Below are positions 19,581 through 31,300 of a DNA stretch of 31,656 nt, in pieces. The DNA is taken from positions 1 through 31,656 of the forward strand of contig CBFGJG010000022.1 of the NCBI GenBank assembly GCA_965649055.1. Reading direction: 5' to 3'. A program made the translations under genes and the position numbers. How positions within the stretch are numbered: the first letter of the stretch is position 1; every line of letters starts with the position of its first letter. The notes beneath the pieces were generated by a model, which saw nothing but the letters and a program-made list of their open reading frames with translations, had not been told where the DNA came from and did not search any database. This DNA is from a candidate division WOR-3 bacterium. GTDB taxonomy: Bacteria > Hydrothermota > UBA3072 > B12-G15.

Positions 19581-21166
19581 AAATATATCCCCAATCCTAC
19601 TTTGTATCTATTCTCTTCTTTTATATCTATTGATGTTTTGAAGTGTAGCTTAAATTTATTACTTCTTATAAAAATATATATATTTTTACCTTTTCTATAA
19701 TAAGGGATTGTAGAATACTCTCCAGGCAGGTCGTCCTCATAGATATATATTGCAGAGTTATAAGAATCTGTTGAGTAGATTGTAAATCTTGTCTTAAATT
19801 CAATATCACCATTTAAACCTGCTTCAAAGAAAGTTCCGTATCCTTTTTCATCTTTAAGCAAATTATAAAAGACCTTAAATCTGATATTAAAAGGCTTATC
19901 TATAAATGAAAATTCTGAATTCCCGCTAACTTTTTTCTCATTCACTTTCATAGTGAAGTTTGTATTTAGATTCCTTAACGGCTTATAATTTAAAGATATT
20001 CCAGTTTCATTATTATAATTAATACTATCCTTCACAAAATCAGTGTAAAAAGTTGCAAAAAACTCAAGTATCTTTCTTTCGAAGAAAAAATAAATCCCTT
20101 CTTTATTTTCGAGTGGACCGCTTCTTAGACTGAAAAAATTATCTGAAAAATACCTGTAAAGACCCTGTATACCTATTGGTGTTTTTATTCCAAGTGCAAA
20201 GGAATATCCATTTGATTTTGCAACTTCAAATATAAATTTTGTTTTCCTGAATCTTCTTTCAGTTGAGAGTGAAAATGCATAATTCTCAGCATTTTCAGGG
20301 AAGAATGGTTCATATTTCTGATACATAAAGACGCCTTTTATACTGAATATATCTATACCTGTCCCTAAAATTATCTCTTTTCCCTTATCCTTCTTCTCTA
20401 TCTCGGTCTCTGTTCTGTGATAACCTGAAAAATAAGGAATAAATACGGAATCTCTTATATTGCCATCTAATTTATAATATGAGAAGAACGGAAAAATAAA
20501 TTTTAAATCAATAGTAGTGCCAAAATACGAACTATTTTCACTTGATGATAGATGTGGTTTGAAAAATCTATTAATCTCGTTTATTCCCCCAAATTTATAG
20601 AAAAAACCCTGTTCTCCAAGGAGGAGTCCAAGACCATTATAAACATCATACCCGCCAATTAATATATTTTTGTATGAGAAAAAAAGATTATAATAATCCA
20701 GATAATTCCTCTCATAATAATCCTTTTCTGTGATAAATCCAAAAGCAAAATCATTTATCTCTGCGTTTGCACGGAGATAAATCTTTGAAGGACTTCCTGA
20801 ATATGATGTATCAGGTGGATATGGATAGATGTATTTAAAAAGGAAACATTTTTTCCCTCTGAATCTTTTTTCTTTTCCAATTGTAAAAAAATCCTTTATT
20901 CTTAGATATATAGAAGGTGAAACACTCTGTAATGTTAATAATTCTTCTACCATCTTGAATTTTTCTATTTTCCTTCTCTCTATAATTTCCATAGCAATAT
21001 CTTTATTTATAAATGGGATATCGATAATCTCAATGTAAGATGCCTCATTCAAATCTACTTTATTCTTTGTAAAATATTCTATTTTGAATTTTGTCTCTTC
21101 GTCAATCTCCTCAAACACTATATTTTCCGAGAAAGAAAAGAGAAAGACCAATAATAGTTTTACCAT
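19577..21166 (-). CDS. Helix-hairpin-helix (ComEA-like) domain fused to a probable outer-membrane beta-barrel
   Basis: Signal peptide; VDLNEASYIEIIDIPFI...IIERRKIEKF..VEELL HhH; EKDYYE, YSTDSYNSAIYIYEDDL; barrel-like C-terminus VGLGIYL. Confidence 0.72.
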   Translation of the reverse strand: MVKLLLVFLFSFSENIVFEEIDEETKFKIEYFTKNKVDLNEASYIEIIDIPFINKDIAMEIIERRKIEKFKMVEELLTLQSVSPSIYLRIKDFFTIGKEKRFRGKKCFLFKYIYPYPPDTSYSGSPSKIYLRANAEINDFAFGFITEKDYYERNYLDYYNLFFSYKNILIGGYDVYNGLGLLLGEQGFFYKFGGINEINRFFKPHLSSSENSSYFGTTIDLKFIFPFFSYYKLDGNIRDSVFIPYFSGYHRTETEIEKKDKGKEIILGTGIDIFSIKGVFMYQKYEPFFPENAENYAFSLSTERRFRKTKFIFEVAKSNGYSFALGIKTPIGIQGLYRYFSDNFFSLRSGPLENKEGIYFFFERKILEFFATFYTDFVKDSINYNNETGISLNYKPLRNLNTNFTMKVNEKKVSGNSEFSFIDKPFNIRFKVFYNLLKDEKGYGTFFEAGLNGDIEFKTRFTIYSTDSYNSAIYIYEDDLPGEYSTIPYYRKGKNIYIFIRSNKFKLHFKTSIDIKEENRYKVGLGIYL

Positions 21167-21641
21167 CCTTTATCTTCCCTTCTTTTAACATATTAAAGGT
21201 TTCTTTAAAATCATAAGAGACAACCTCTATTTCTTCATCAGGGTCCTTACCACCTTTTTCTTCTTTCAGGTTTTCAGCAACGAAAAGATGAAGAATCTCA
21301 TTAGTAAAACCAGGTGTTGAAAAATATGAAAGAAGGTGTGTAAGCCTTCCTGGATTGAAACCTATCTCTTCAACCAACTCCCTTTTTAATGTTTCTTCTG
21401 GTTTTTCACCTATTTCCATAGTCCCTGCTGGTATCTCTATCAAATATTCATTCACTGCATACCTGAATTGTTTTACAAAGATAATTCTATCATCTAAAAC
21501 AGGTATTGCAGCAACAGCACCTCTATGCATCACATATTCTCGAAAAGACCTTTCTCCATTTTCCATTTCAATCCTATCAACATTTAGGTTTAAAATCTTA
21601 CCTGTATAAATTCTTTTACTTTCAATACATTTTTCCATCAT
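21111..21641 (-). CDS. nudF: Nudix hydrolase, ADP-ribose pyrophosphatase family
   Basis: HRGAVA, QFRY, EIPAG..EIGEKPEETLKRELVEEIG Nudix box, STPGFTNE, DGKTIIGL; SD GGAGG. Confidence 0.88.
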   Translation of the reverse strand: MMEKCIESKRIYTGKILNLNVDRIEMENGERSFREYVMHRGAVAAIPVLDDRIIFVKQFRYAVNEYLIEIPAGTMEIGEKPEETLKRELVEEIGFNPGRLTHLLSYFSTPGFTNEILHLFVAENLKEEKGGKDPDEEIEVVSYDFKETFNMLKEGKIKDGKTIIGLSLFFLGKYSV

Positions 21642-21648
21642 ACCTCCA

Positions 21649-22314
21649 TTATTTTATTAATGAAAACGTAAAATTCTCCGTGAAACCAAGTAATGGATGT
21701 GAGATAAAACCAAATTCAAATCTCATCTTTTCTTTAAATACTCCGAAACCAAAAACCGGTGTAAAAGGGCTTGTATTAAAACCAAGCCTGACAATTAATG
21801 GAAAGGTGTTTATTTCCATACCATAAATAAAATTAAAGTCTTTTTCAAAAGAGTATGATAATTTAAAATTATGTGAAAAATTATCAATTTTATAGGATAG
21901 AAAAATTTCTTCTATTGGTGTAATTTCATCCTTAAAAAAATATATTATATTCCTTAAAAGAAAGCCTCCTTCATAATTAAGATATTTTATCTTTATACTT
22001 AATTCCTCTGTGAATCCTGTATTTTTTATATCTCCTGCATTAAAAAAAATAAAATAAGGGATAAATCTAAAATCAAGGTTCTGTGTTTGAAAAATCTTCC
22101 CTACTCCTAACATCAATTCATTACAATAAGAAAGACCAAGAAGAGAAACATCGTAAAGTAAAATTTTTTCACCTTTTAATCTAAAACCCGTAAGTTCGGG
22201 AATATTATAATAATTTATGATGGTCAGGGAGAAATGCGAATCAATATTTTGAAAATTTACGATTGAAGACGCATCTTTGATCTCAAAAAAAGATGATATA
22301 AAAAGAAAAATCAT
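21649..22314 (-). CDS. Hypothetical exported protein, probable small beta-barrel
   Basis: Short hydrophobic N-terminus, amphipathic strands, IVRLGF...FGFGV...SHPLLGFT. Confidence 0.55.
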   Translation of the reverse strand: MIFLFISSFFEIKDASSIVNFQNIDSHFSLTIINYYNIPELTGFRLKGEKILLYDVSLLGLSYCNELMLGVGKIFQTQNLDFRFIPYFIFFNAGDIKNTGFTEELSIKIKYLNYEGGFLLRNIIYFFKDEITPIEEIFLSYKIDNFSHNFKLSYSFEKDFNFIYGMEINTFPLIVRLGFNTSPFTPVFGFGVFKEKMRFEFGFISHPLLGFTENFTFSLIK

Positions 22315-23753
22315 TTAAGTGAGATAAACTTTATTTCAGTATATTCATCAATTGCATAATGTGGTCCTTCTCTACCAAGCCCACTTTTCTTCACACCACC
22401 ATAAGGCATATTATCTATCCTGAATGTTGGATAATCATTAATAATTACACTTCCCACCTCACATTCCTTTATTGCATAAAGAACATTATGAAGGTTATCA
22501 GTATATATACCTACATTCAAACCATAATCCGAATTATTAACAAGGTTAATCCCTTCTTCAAAATAAGAAAATGGTTCGACACAAACAACAGGTGCGAAGA
22601 TTTCTTTTGAAACAACATCCATCTCCGGATTTGTATTTGTGAGGATGGTTGGCCATAGTATTGCTTTTTCTCTTTTTCCCAAAAGCAATGGTTTTGCGCC
22701 CATATTTATGCATTTCTGAACAATACTCTCAACCTCTTCTGCCTTTTTTTCACTTATCATTGGTCCATAAAGGACATCCTCGTCAAGTGGATTTCCTATC
22801 TTTACATTTTTTGATGCTTCAACAAATTTATCACAGAATTCACTGAAAAGTGATGAATGGACATATATCCTCTGTATGGAAATACATATCTGTCCTGCAT
22901 TAGCGTAAGAACCTATAACTGCCTTCTGGACAATCTCGTCCAAATTCTTTACACCTTCATCAATTACTAATGCAGAATTAGAACCAAGTTCAAGTAACAT
23001 CTTTTTCATCCCTGAAATGGAGTGGAGTTTCAAACCGACAGGGACACTACCTGTAAAGCTTACAAGTTTTATATCTTCATGTGATGAAAGGTATTCACCA
23101 ATATTTTCACCTTTCCCGAAAATAATATTCAGTATTCCCTTAGGTGCGTTTATCTCCTGAATTATCCTTCCAAAAATAACCGCTGTTAAAGGTGTAAAAG
23201 AAGAAGGTTTCCATACAATTGTATCTCCGGCAGCAATTGCAGGTGCAATTTTATGTGCAGGAAGATTCAATGGGAAATTAAAAGGTGTTATTGCGGCAAC
23301 AGGACCGATAGGAACCCTTATATAAAATCCTACCCTTCCCTCTCCATTTTTTGCAGCATCCATAGGTATAGTCTCTCCACACAATGTATCCGCCTCATCA
23401 GCGGCAAAATTGAATGTGTCCACTGCCCTGTCAACCTCAAGCCTTGAAAACCTTATTGCCTTTCCTGATTCAAGTGTTATAATCCTTGCTATCTCTTCTT
23501 TCTTTTCTTTTAATTTCCTTCCAATCTCCCTTAACAGATTTGACCTTAAATAAGTGGGTGAATTTTTGAATGTCTTGAATGCATTTCTTGCTGCGTTAAC
23601 AGCAATTTCCACATCTTCATTATTGCATAGTGGAACAGAACCTATCTTTTCGTTTGAATAAGGATTATAAACATCAATTCTATCTTTTTTATCCACCCAG
23701 TTATTATTAATAAAAAAACCTGAATTTATATTTTCAAAATCTCTTTCTTCCAT
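22311..23753 (-). CDS. NAD(P)-dependent aldehyde dehydrogenase (lactaldehyde dehydrogenase/GAPN-like)
   Basis: ITPFNFP, KPSS, FTGS, LELGSN, catalytic NAGQICIS, EIFAP, PYGGVKKSG. Confidence 0.95.
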   Translation of the reverse strand: MEERDFENINSGFFINNNWVDKKDRIDVYNPYSNEKIGSVPLCNNEDVEIAVNAARNAFKTFKNSPTYLRSNLLREIGRKLKEKKEEIARIITLESGKAIRFSRLEVDRAVDTFNFAADEADTLCGETIPMDAAKNGEGRVGFYIRVPIGPVAAITPFNFPLNLPAHKIAPAIAAGDTIVWKPSSFTPLTAVIFGRIIQEINAPKGILNIIFGKGENIGEYLSSHEDIKLVSFTGSVPVGLKLHSISGMKKMLLELGSNSALVIDEGVKNLDEIVQKAVIGSYANAGQICISIQRIYVHSSLFSEFCDKFVEASKNVKIGNPLDEDVLYGPMISEKKAEEVESIVQKCINMGAKPLLLGKREKAILWPTILTNTNPEMDVVSKEIFAPVVCVEPFSYFEEGINLVNNSDYGLNVGIYTDNLHNVLYAIKECEVGSVIINDYPTFRIDNMPYGGVKKSGLGREGPHYAIDEYTEIKFISLK

Positions 23754-24373
23754 TCTTCCATTCCTTCTTTTGTCTTGGAAGAGATCTTAAATATTTTTAA
23801 ATCCGGATTAATCTTCTTTGCATTCTCAATTATCCTATCCATATTGATATCAAGATAGGGCAATAAATCTATCTTTGAGATAACAAGATAATGAGACCTT
23901 CTAAACATAAGTGGATATTTCAAAGGTTTATCTTCACCTTCTGTTACACTCAATATGATTATATTTTTATGTGCACCTGTATCGAACTCAGCAGGGCATA
24001 CAAGATTACCAATATTCTCTATAAATATATAATCAATCCCCGAAAGATTCATCTCGCTTATTGCTGATTTTATCCATGAAGCCTCAAGATGGCAATCTCC
24101 GCCAAATGGTCCGGTATTTATCTGATATACTGGAATATTCAGTTTTGATAACCTCTCCGCATCGATTGATGTCTCAATATCACCTTCAATAACCGCAAAT
24201 CTCTTATCCGGTATCATACTTATTGTGTTTTCAATCACAGATGTTTTACCTGAACCCGGTGAACCCATAAAATTTAAAAGTTTTATATTTTTTTCTTCAA
24301 GTTCTTTTCTTAAAATCTCTGCAATCTGGTCATTTGCAGCAAATACACTTTTTAATACTTTTATTTCTTTCAT
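23726..24373 (-). CDS. hypB: Hydrogenase nickel incorporation GTPase
   Basis: GSPGSGKT, VIEGD, CHL, ENIGNLVCPA, EGEDKPLKYP, SKIDL. Confidence 0.95.
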   Translation of the reverse strand: MKEIKVLKSVFAANDQIAEILRKELEEKNIKLLNFMGSPGSGKTSVIENTISMIPDKRFAVIEGDIETSIDAERLSKLNIPVYQINTGPFGGDCHLEASWIKSAISEMNLSGIDYIFIENIGNLVCPAEFDTGAHKNIIILSVTEGEDKPLKYPLMFRRSHYLVISKIDLLPYLDINMDRIIENAKKINPDLKIFKISSKTKEGMEEWKKEILKI

Positions 24374-24933
24374 TTCTTCTCCTGTATATAGACCTTTCTC
24401 ATATAAACATTATTAACAGGTCTATCATTTTTATCCCTTTCTACAATAGCAATATTTTTTGCAACATCCATACCTTCTATAACCTGACCAATTATAGTAT
24501 ACTTTCCATCAAGCCTTGATTGTGGTGCAAGACAGATAAAAAATTGGCTCCCATTTGTGTTTGGTCCTGCATTTGCCATACCTACTGTTCCCTCAAGGAA
24601 TTTTAATTTTTGAGAGATTTCATCCTCAATATAATAACCTGGTCCACCATAACCATCATTTGTAGGGTCTTCATCTTTTGAATTAGGGTCTCCACCCTGT
24701 ATTACAAAACCCGGAATAACCCTATGGAATGTTGCACCATCAAAGAAACCATTCCTCGCAAGATTGATAATATTAGATACATTCTTAGGTGCGTCGTTTC
24801 TGAACATCGCTATCTTGATAATCCCATAATCTGTTTCAATAACCATAATCTCTTTCTGTTTCCCTGCATATTTTAATTGATTAAACTCCATAGAACATCC
24901 TAATAAAAAGGTAAGAATAAGAAATTTTTTCAC
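24370..24933 (-). CDS. Cyclophilin-type peptidyl-prolyl isomerase, lipoprotein
   Basis: Lipobox LLGC; FHRVIPGFVIQGGDP, GMANAGPNTNGSQFFI; SD AAGGAGG before GTG. Confidence 0.95.
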   Translation of the reverse strand: MKKFLILTFLLGCSMEFNQLKYAGKQKEIMVIETDYGIIKIAMFRNDAPKNVSNIINLARNGFFDGATFHRVIPGFVIQGGDPNSKDEDPTNDGYGGPGYYIEDEISQKLKFLEGTVGMANAGPNTNGSQFFICLAPQSRLDGKYTIIGQVIEGMDVAKNIAIVERDKNDRPVNNVYMRKVYIQEKK

Positions 24934-24944
24934 ATAACCTCCTT

Positions 24945-25220
24945 TTATAGATTCCCATAATTTTTACTCTTAACTATCCCTGTTTTTGAATCATAAATAT
25001 ACTCTTCAGGATAATTTAATTTAAGATTAAGTTCATCAATTGAATAAGGTAATCTACCCTCTTCAATCTTAAATCTTTCAATACTCATTCTTATATTTCT
25101 TAAATCCTCTATTACAAGCAATCTTTCCGGTATTTTAACAACATTCTTGGGAAGCTCTTTTATCTTTCTTTCACAGGATAAGGATATAAAAATTAATGGC
25201 AAAAGCATTAAATATTTCAT
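24945..25220 (-). CDS. Small hypothetical lipoprotein with weak pilin/pseudopilin-like soluble domain
   Basis: MKYLMLLPLIFISLSC lipoprotein signal favours ATG 25220; DLRNIRMSIERF...GRLPYSIDEL. Confidence 0.6.
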   Translation of the reverse strand: MKYLMLLPLIFISLSCERKIKELPKNVVKIPERLLVIEDLRNIRMSIERFKIEEGRLPYSIDELNLKLNYPEEYIYDSKTGIVKSKNYGNL

Positions 25221-25229
25221 TGCTAAATT

Positions 25230-25257
25230 AAAATACACAATAGAAAATTTTTGTCAA
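25230..25257 (-). promoter_or_regulatory. Promoter TTGACA-N16-TATTTT heading the lipoprotein-to-rlmI operon
   Basis: -35 at 25257-25252, -10 at 25235-25230; ATG at 25220; no SD. Confidence 0.55.
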
Positions 25258-25396
25258 GGATTTTTAAAATCCCAATTTACATTATATTTTGAATTTATCT
25301 TTCGATCATCTTTATTTTGCCATTTCAACTTAATATTGTTCTTTTAACGGAAATATTCTAAATGTGCAAAATAACTTTTTGTATAAAATAATTTCA

Positions 25397-28300
25397 TTAT
25401 ATAATTTTTAAGACCTTAAATATCTTATCAAACTTATTAATTTTTAAATGTATAAAATATATTCCTTGATTGAGCCTATCCAGTTCAAACTTGTAATAAC
25501 CTGGTTTCAAAATATCCTTTTCTTCCATTATTTTTCTACCTGTTATATCATAAATTATTAAGGAAAAATCTGATTTACCTTTAAGTGCTAATTCTATGTA
25601 AGTTTCTTTCTTAAATATTATTTCCGGTATCTTTATTATATCTTCTTTTATTTCCGGGATATTTGTCCCAGGATATAGATATATAAAGCCTGTATCAGGA
25701 TATCTTGCCATATTATCCGCAATATCCCAAGATTTAAAGAAAAATGCAACACTTTCGGAGAACATTGGAATAGTGTAAAAGAATGTATCATAATGGACAC
25801 TTTCTGCATTTGTTGAGTATGAAAACTTAGGAATAAATAGAGAATCCCATTTTATTCCAAGACCATCATAAATCCTTAATCTAAAAATATAATTATCAGG
25901 GAAATAAAATGTCGTTGTATCTGAAAATCTTGGTGGGATGTTATCGTATATCACTGTGTACGGACTGCTAACAAATTCCCTCAATGGTTCTTTAAGAATT
26001 GTTCCTATGAAGTAATTATAAACCATTTCATTCTGAATTGTTTTATCAACAAATGAAGTATCATTTATTGTGGTTAAAAGTTTCGAATCATTTTTTGAAG
26101 ACCTATATATCTTATAACCTGAAACAACTGACGAAGTATCATATCTTATTTTTGGTCTTATAAGGATATTCCCATATATCAGGTTTAACCATTCATTATT
26201 CTTTTTATAATATGAATAAACTGGTATCTCACCATCCCCAAAGAAACTAACCATTGAAGGTCTTAATAATATCTTCAATGTCTCATCTATCTCTTTACTT
26301 AAAAGAAATTCAAACCACCCTGTTGTTTCAGGTGGAACATTAAATGAAAATGTTTCGTTCTCTATCTCAAGATTTAAAATTGATATATTGTTTTCAGGGT
26401 TTTTTAGATAAATATCAATATTTGAAAGGAGCCCTTTCCCTCTTGGTAATCCCATCTTGAGCATCAATGTCTCTTCTTTTATCTCATAAAATGGGACACC
26501 ATTATCCATCGCAAATCTCTCTTCTGGATAACTCCATACAAAACTTATTGAAGTATCTGAAATGGTATGTGAGGATATTGATGTCTTGAGCCCTTTAAGA
26601 ATGAATAAATCCCTTGTTCCAAAAGGTGGTTCCCTTCTCATATTTCCTTTAATATCCTTAAAAATCCCATAGAATTCAATTTCATTATTCCCATCAAAAT
26701 AACCAAATTTATATAGCAGTGTTGTGTCATCTATTCTCTCACCCGATATTTTATTCCATTCGTTTTCCCCTTTCGTCCTTAGATATAATGTGTCATAGAA
26801 TTGGGATGCTTCTCTTATAAACAATCTTATCTTTAATGATTCATCCTCATAAATCCTTTCAGGATAAAGAAATGAAACTATCGGTGGTGTTGTATCTATA
26901 CTTATAATATTTATCCATTTCCCAGAAGAGAAGGAAAGAATAGAATCTGCATTTATCGTATAATTTAAAAACCAGTTCCCACCTTGAATATTATTTAGTG
27001 GATATGAAAAATTCAGGAAGTTATTTCCCTTACCCAATGATAAAATCTCGTCCCTAATACTAATAGTATCATCTTTTATAAGTTCAAAATAGATATATGT
27101 TTTATCAGGGACCATATCCGGGATAAATACATTCATACTTATCCTCAATGAATCATCAGGATAGATTGTATCTGGTTTCACTATAAAATTCTTAATATTT
27201 AAGTCTATCCCCTTTATTTCTATATCAAAAGAACCTTCTTTTAATATTTCACTATAAAAGAATTTATAATTCACATCATAAAATCCACTTATACCTTTAT
27301 TATTCAAAATCTTGTAAAATGAAGTATCACCAGTTATATCAAGGATAGATGAATCATCATCCCAGAAATATGTATTTAATCTTCCTGTTGTGTTCGATGA
27401 AACAATGAATCTTATTGTATCACCAAAATTATATCTTATTTTTTCAGGATATAATGCAAAATTTGTATCTCCACTAAACAATGGATATGTCCTCAAAAGA
27501 TACCCATTCATTGATGGCCAGAGATATATACCATAAAAGAGATTCACAGGTAATGTATCAATGACAAAATCAAATCTAACTATCTTTTCGGGTGATGGAA
27601 ATTCTTTAATTAATGTATCTAATGATTTAAAAATCCTCACTGAATCACATCTTTCTGTATCATTATCAGGTATAATAATCTTGAACTGATAGTATTCATA
27701 AGGAGGGAATATTGTATCAGACCATTCGGTGATTGGTTTCCCTTTCCTATTGCATTTTCTGAATTTAATTATTTTTTCAGATTCAGGATAGATTATACCT
27801 GAAATTATTCCTGTTTCATTCGTTTTAAACAAAGGAGAAACATAAATACCTGATGATTCTGGTTTTTCAATCCTTAATCCTGTATCAATAAGCACATTTT
27901 TTATAAATCCTGTCACAAAGAGGAGTGTATCATCTTCAAAGTTTGGTGTTGAAATAGTTGCAAGGATATTGGGATTCAATTCATTTAGATTCTTTATCTT
28001 TAGGCTGAATCTCACAGTATCCTGTATTGAATAGAATCTCTTATCAGTGAATGGAAGTATAGAAAGTTTGTATCCTTCAAATCTCACTGGCTTAAAAATA
28101 ATCCTATCATTTATATCAAATTGGATATAATATATCCCTGAACCAATGTAATCGGGATTGAAAAGTGTTAATGTATCCACAATGATTGAATCAGTTCTAA
28201 TATTAAAATTAACATTTGCTAAGTCATCAAACCATCTTATCTCACAATTCCCATCCCCTCTTGAAGTCCCTTTATTTTTTATCATTATTGGAACATTAAG

Positions 28301-31300
28301 TGTTGTATCATCAGAATGAACATAGAAAGTATCTTCTGTTTCAACGAAGTAATTTGGTGAGAATCTTCTCTTCCAGTCCTTTGAGAATATACAAGCTCTA
28401 TCTATGTTTTCAATCCTTATATTTATATTATGTTCCCCTTTCTCCCATTCAGGTAAGACTGAAAATAAAAGTGTGTCATATTGTGAGATATATCTTGATA
28501 TAGTATCATAACCTGCTGGATGTTTCAGAATGAAATGGAAGAATTGTGAGTTTGAATATGGAAGGTAAACAGGAAATTTGAATTTAACATAGCCTTCTTC
28601 ATCAGCACCATCAACAAACATTGTATCAATCACTACATTATTATTAATGTTGAGATAAAGGAAAGTTAAGGATGAATCAAGAATCATCCCTGATTTTTCC
28701 TCTTTTAATATTGATAAAATACTATAAATACCTGCTTTATTTATTGTAATATTCACCCTTCCTATCTTTTCATCTTTCTCAGGAACAGTATCAATGACTG
28801 AATAATATCCTAATGTATCTGAATTTATGTCGATTATGAAGATATCTGTCCTATATGATGTCAAAATATTAGAAGGATTTATTATCTTAAAATCAAACAA
28901 AAAAGAACCAACATCATCATAGATTGATGGCTCTGTTTCTATATTTCCACCACCATTAAACTTCATATTAAAAACATAATCTTTACTTTCAGTATATGTT
29001 GAAAGTGTGAGGAAAAGATTTGAATTTTCAGGGAAATGCGGTTTAAGAAAATGTTTTAGAGCAATCTCATCATTCGCATTTATAAAGAATGTATCGCAGA
29101 ATGTATCATTCTGGAAGACCATTCTTGAGAATATATTACCTTCACCGAAAACCGTTCTTAGTTTTAATTCCAAATTAAAACTATCATAATTGAAACAATC
29201 CTGTGAAATGGATACAGGGATTATATCAATCTTCACTGGTGAGATAATCAAAGAATCAAAGACAGTATCTACATCATTATAGAACATACCAAAAAGAGAT
29301 AAGGTATCCTCTGCATAAGTCTTAAAATGATAGTTCTTTATTTCAGCAGAATCAATGGATGAAGTATCACTCATTATAGTATCATTATTAATAGTGAACA
29401 ATATATTCCCATTTTTAGGAAGATATGTGAGATTCCAAAGTTTTAAATCAATATCAAGGGAATCTCCTTTAAATGGATTATGGGTTAAAGGTGATACCTT
29501 TATACCAATACTATCAGAGACAATATCAAAGAAATAGAAAGATTTTATATTAAGAGGGTAATTATCCTTTCCAAGTAATGATACAGAAGCAGCATATTTT
29601 CCAGGTTCAGGATGATAAAAATCAAAAGTTACAGTCGTATCCCAAGAAGAATTAGGCCCAAATCCATTTTTCCCTTCCCATCCTGTTATCCCTTGAATAT
29701 CCATATATGTATATTTAGCTTCAAAACTATAAAGTTCAGGTGAGAGATCTTGAACATCGTTCCTTAAAAGATTAAAAGAGAATGCAAAGCCATTACATGT
29801 TTCTATTATTAATGAAAGAAGGGAATCAATTGGATACCATTTCTCCAATTCAGCATAACCATATTTCCCCCCATATAAATATGGCATAAAATAGTCCCTT
29901 ATTGAACCAAGATTTTCATTCTGATTTACCTTATAATCAATAAATTTCACATTATTCCCAACATCATTAAAATAATGATAATATATTATCTTCCCAAATA
30001 TTCCACCAACAGGTAGATATTTTGTCACAAAAACGTCAATAGTGTTGATTGTATCTAATGTGAGTGAATATAATATTGGGTCTTTTTGTCCTTCCAAAAT
30101 AAAATCAATTGCTTCACCTAATGACCAATCTAAAATCAACTCCATCTTATTCCCATTCTTTAAATACCTTTCATATTCACCGTCTGTTTTTAATGTCCAT
30201 ATTGTATTCAATGGATCAACGAAGATAAGTTCATAAAAACCATCCCCTGCTTCAAAGATTGTATTCCCTGAATTATCCATCTTTATAAGTCTTCTTTTAT
30301 CATAATCAGAGACCCAGAGATATCCTTCTTTATCAAATTTTATATCAATTGGTGAAACAAGACCTGTATCCCTTATAACATCAATCAAATTGAAATTTTT
30401 ATCAATTTTTAGGATCCTTGAATTCCCTTTCTCAACAAGGAATAAATTACCATCTTTTGAAGTAATCCCAAAAGGTTCAAGGTAGTTAAAAGAAGAATCT
30501 TCAACGACACCTAAACTCCCTGTCTCACTATATTCAGAGTTTGTTGGCTGGTATCTTATCTTATATATCCTATTTCCATTCGTTGTTATATAAATATAGC
30601 CATCCAAAAATGTCATACTATGAATAGAAGAAACATTTGAAATAATTAATGTATCAATGAAACGACCTCCACCATAATATGGGAACTTCTTCCCAAGGCA
30701 GACCTTTAATGTATCTCTGAATGCAAATGCATAAAGAAGGTTATCTTTATCAAGTAAATATGTCCTTGAATTTATAAAATTCTGATTAAATTTTGAACCT
30801 ATTTTTTTCGTGTTAAGAGATTTCATAAGAGGTGGAACCCAGAATTCATAATCATCCCAGAATTCAAGTCTTGTTGTATCATCAAGATAAAATTTTCCCT
30901 CTTCATTCCTTACCCCATAAAGATAAATAACTCCTTGTGTTAATGTATCAAAATATACTGTATCTACCATTGTGATATACTTCCCTATTTTGTATTCAAA
31001 TGTTCTCGCATCAGTTGGGTATATTGATGAATTGTTTGAATAATGAATATTCAAAGGGATATCTTCACCTTCAATGAATAAATCTCTTCCAAGGTCAAGG
31101 TGTACTGAATCCTCAGGACCATTTTTGTAAAATATAGCTCCGTTTATTGTATCTTCTTTTCCTGTACCTAATTTATAATGTATCAACTCAAAAGGGATAT
31201 AAGAATTCTTTGGGAAATAATAAGAAGGGAAAGATAATTCCTTTATCTCAAATGGTTCAAAATGTAGTGAACCTGAACCTCCGTATGTATTTCCCTGCTT

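Noticed and set aside
25221..25238. GTG 25238 as the start of the small lipoprotein
   Set aside because: It overlaps the predicted -10 box; ATG 25220 gives a clean lipoprotein signal
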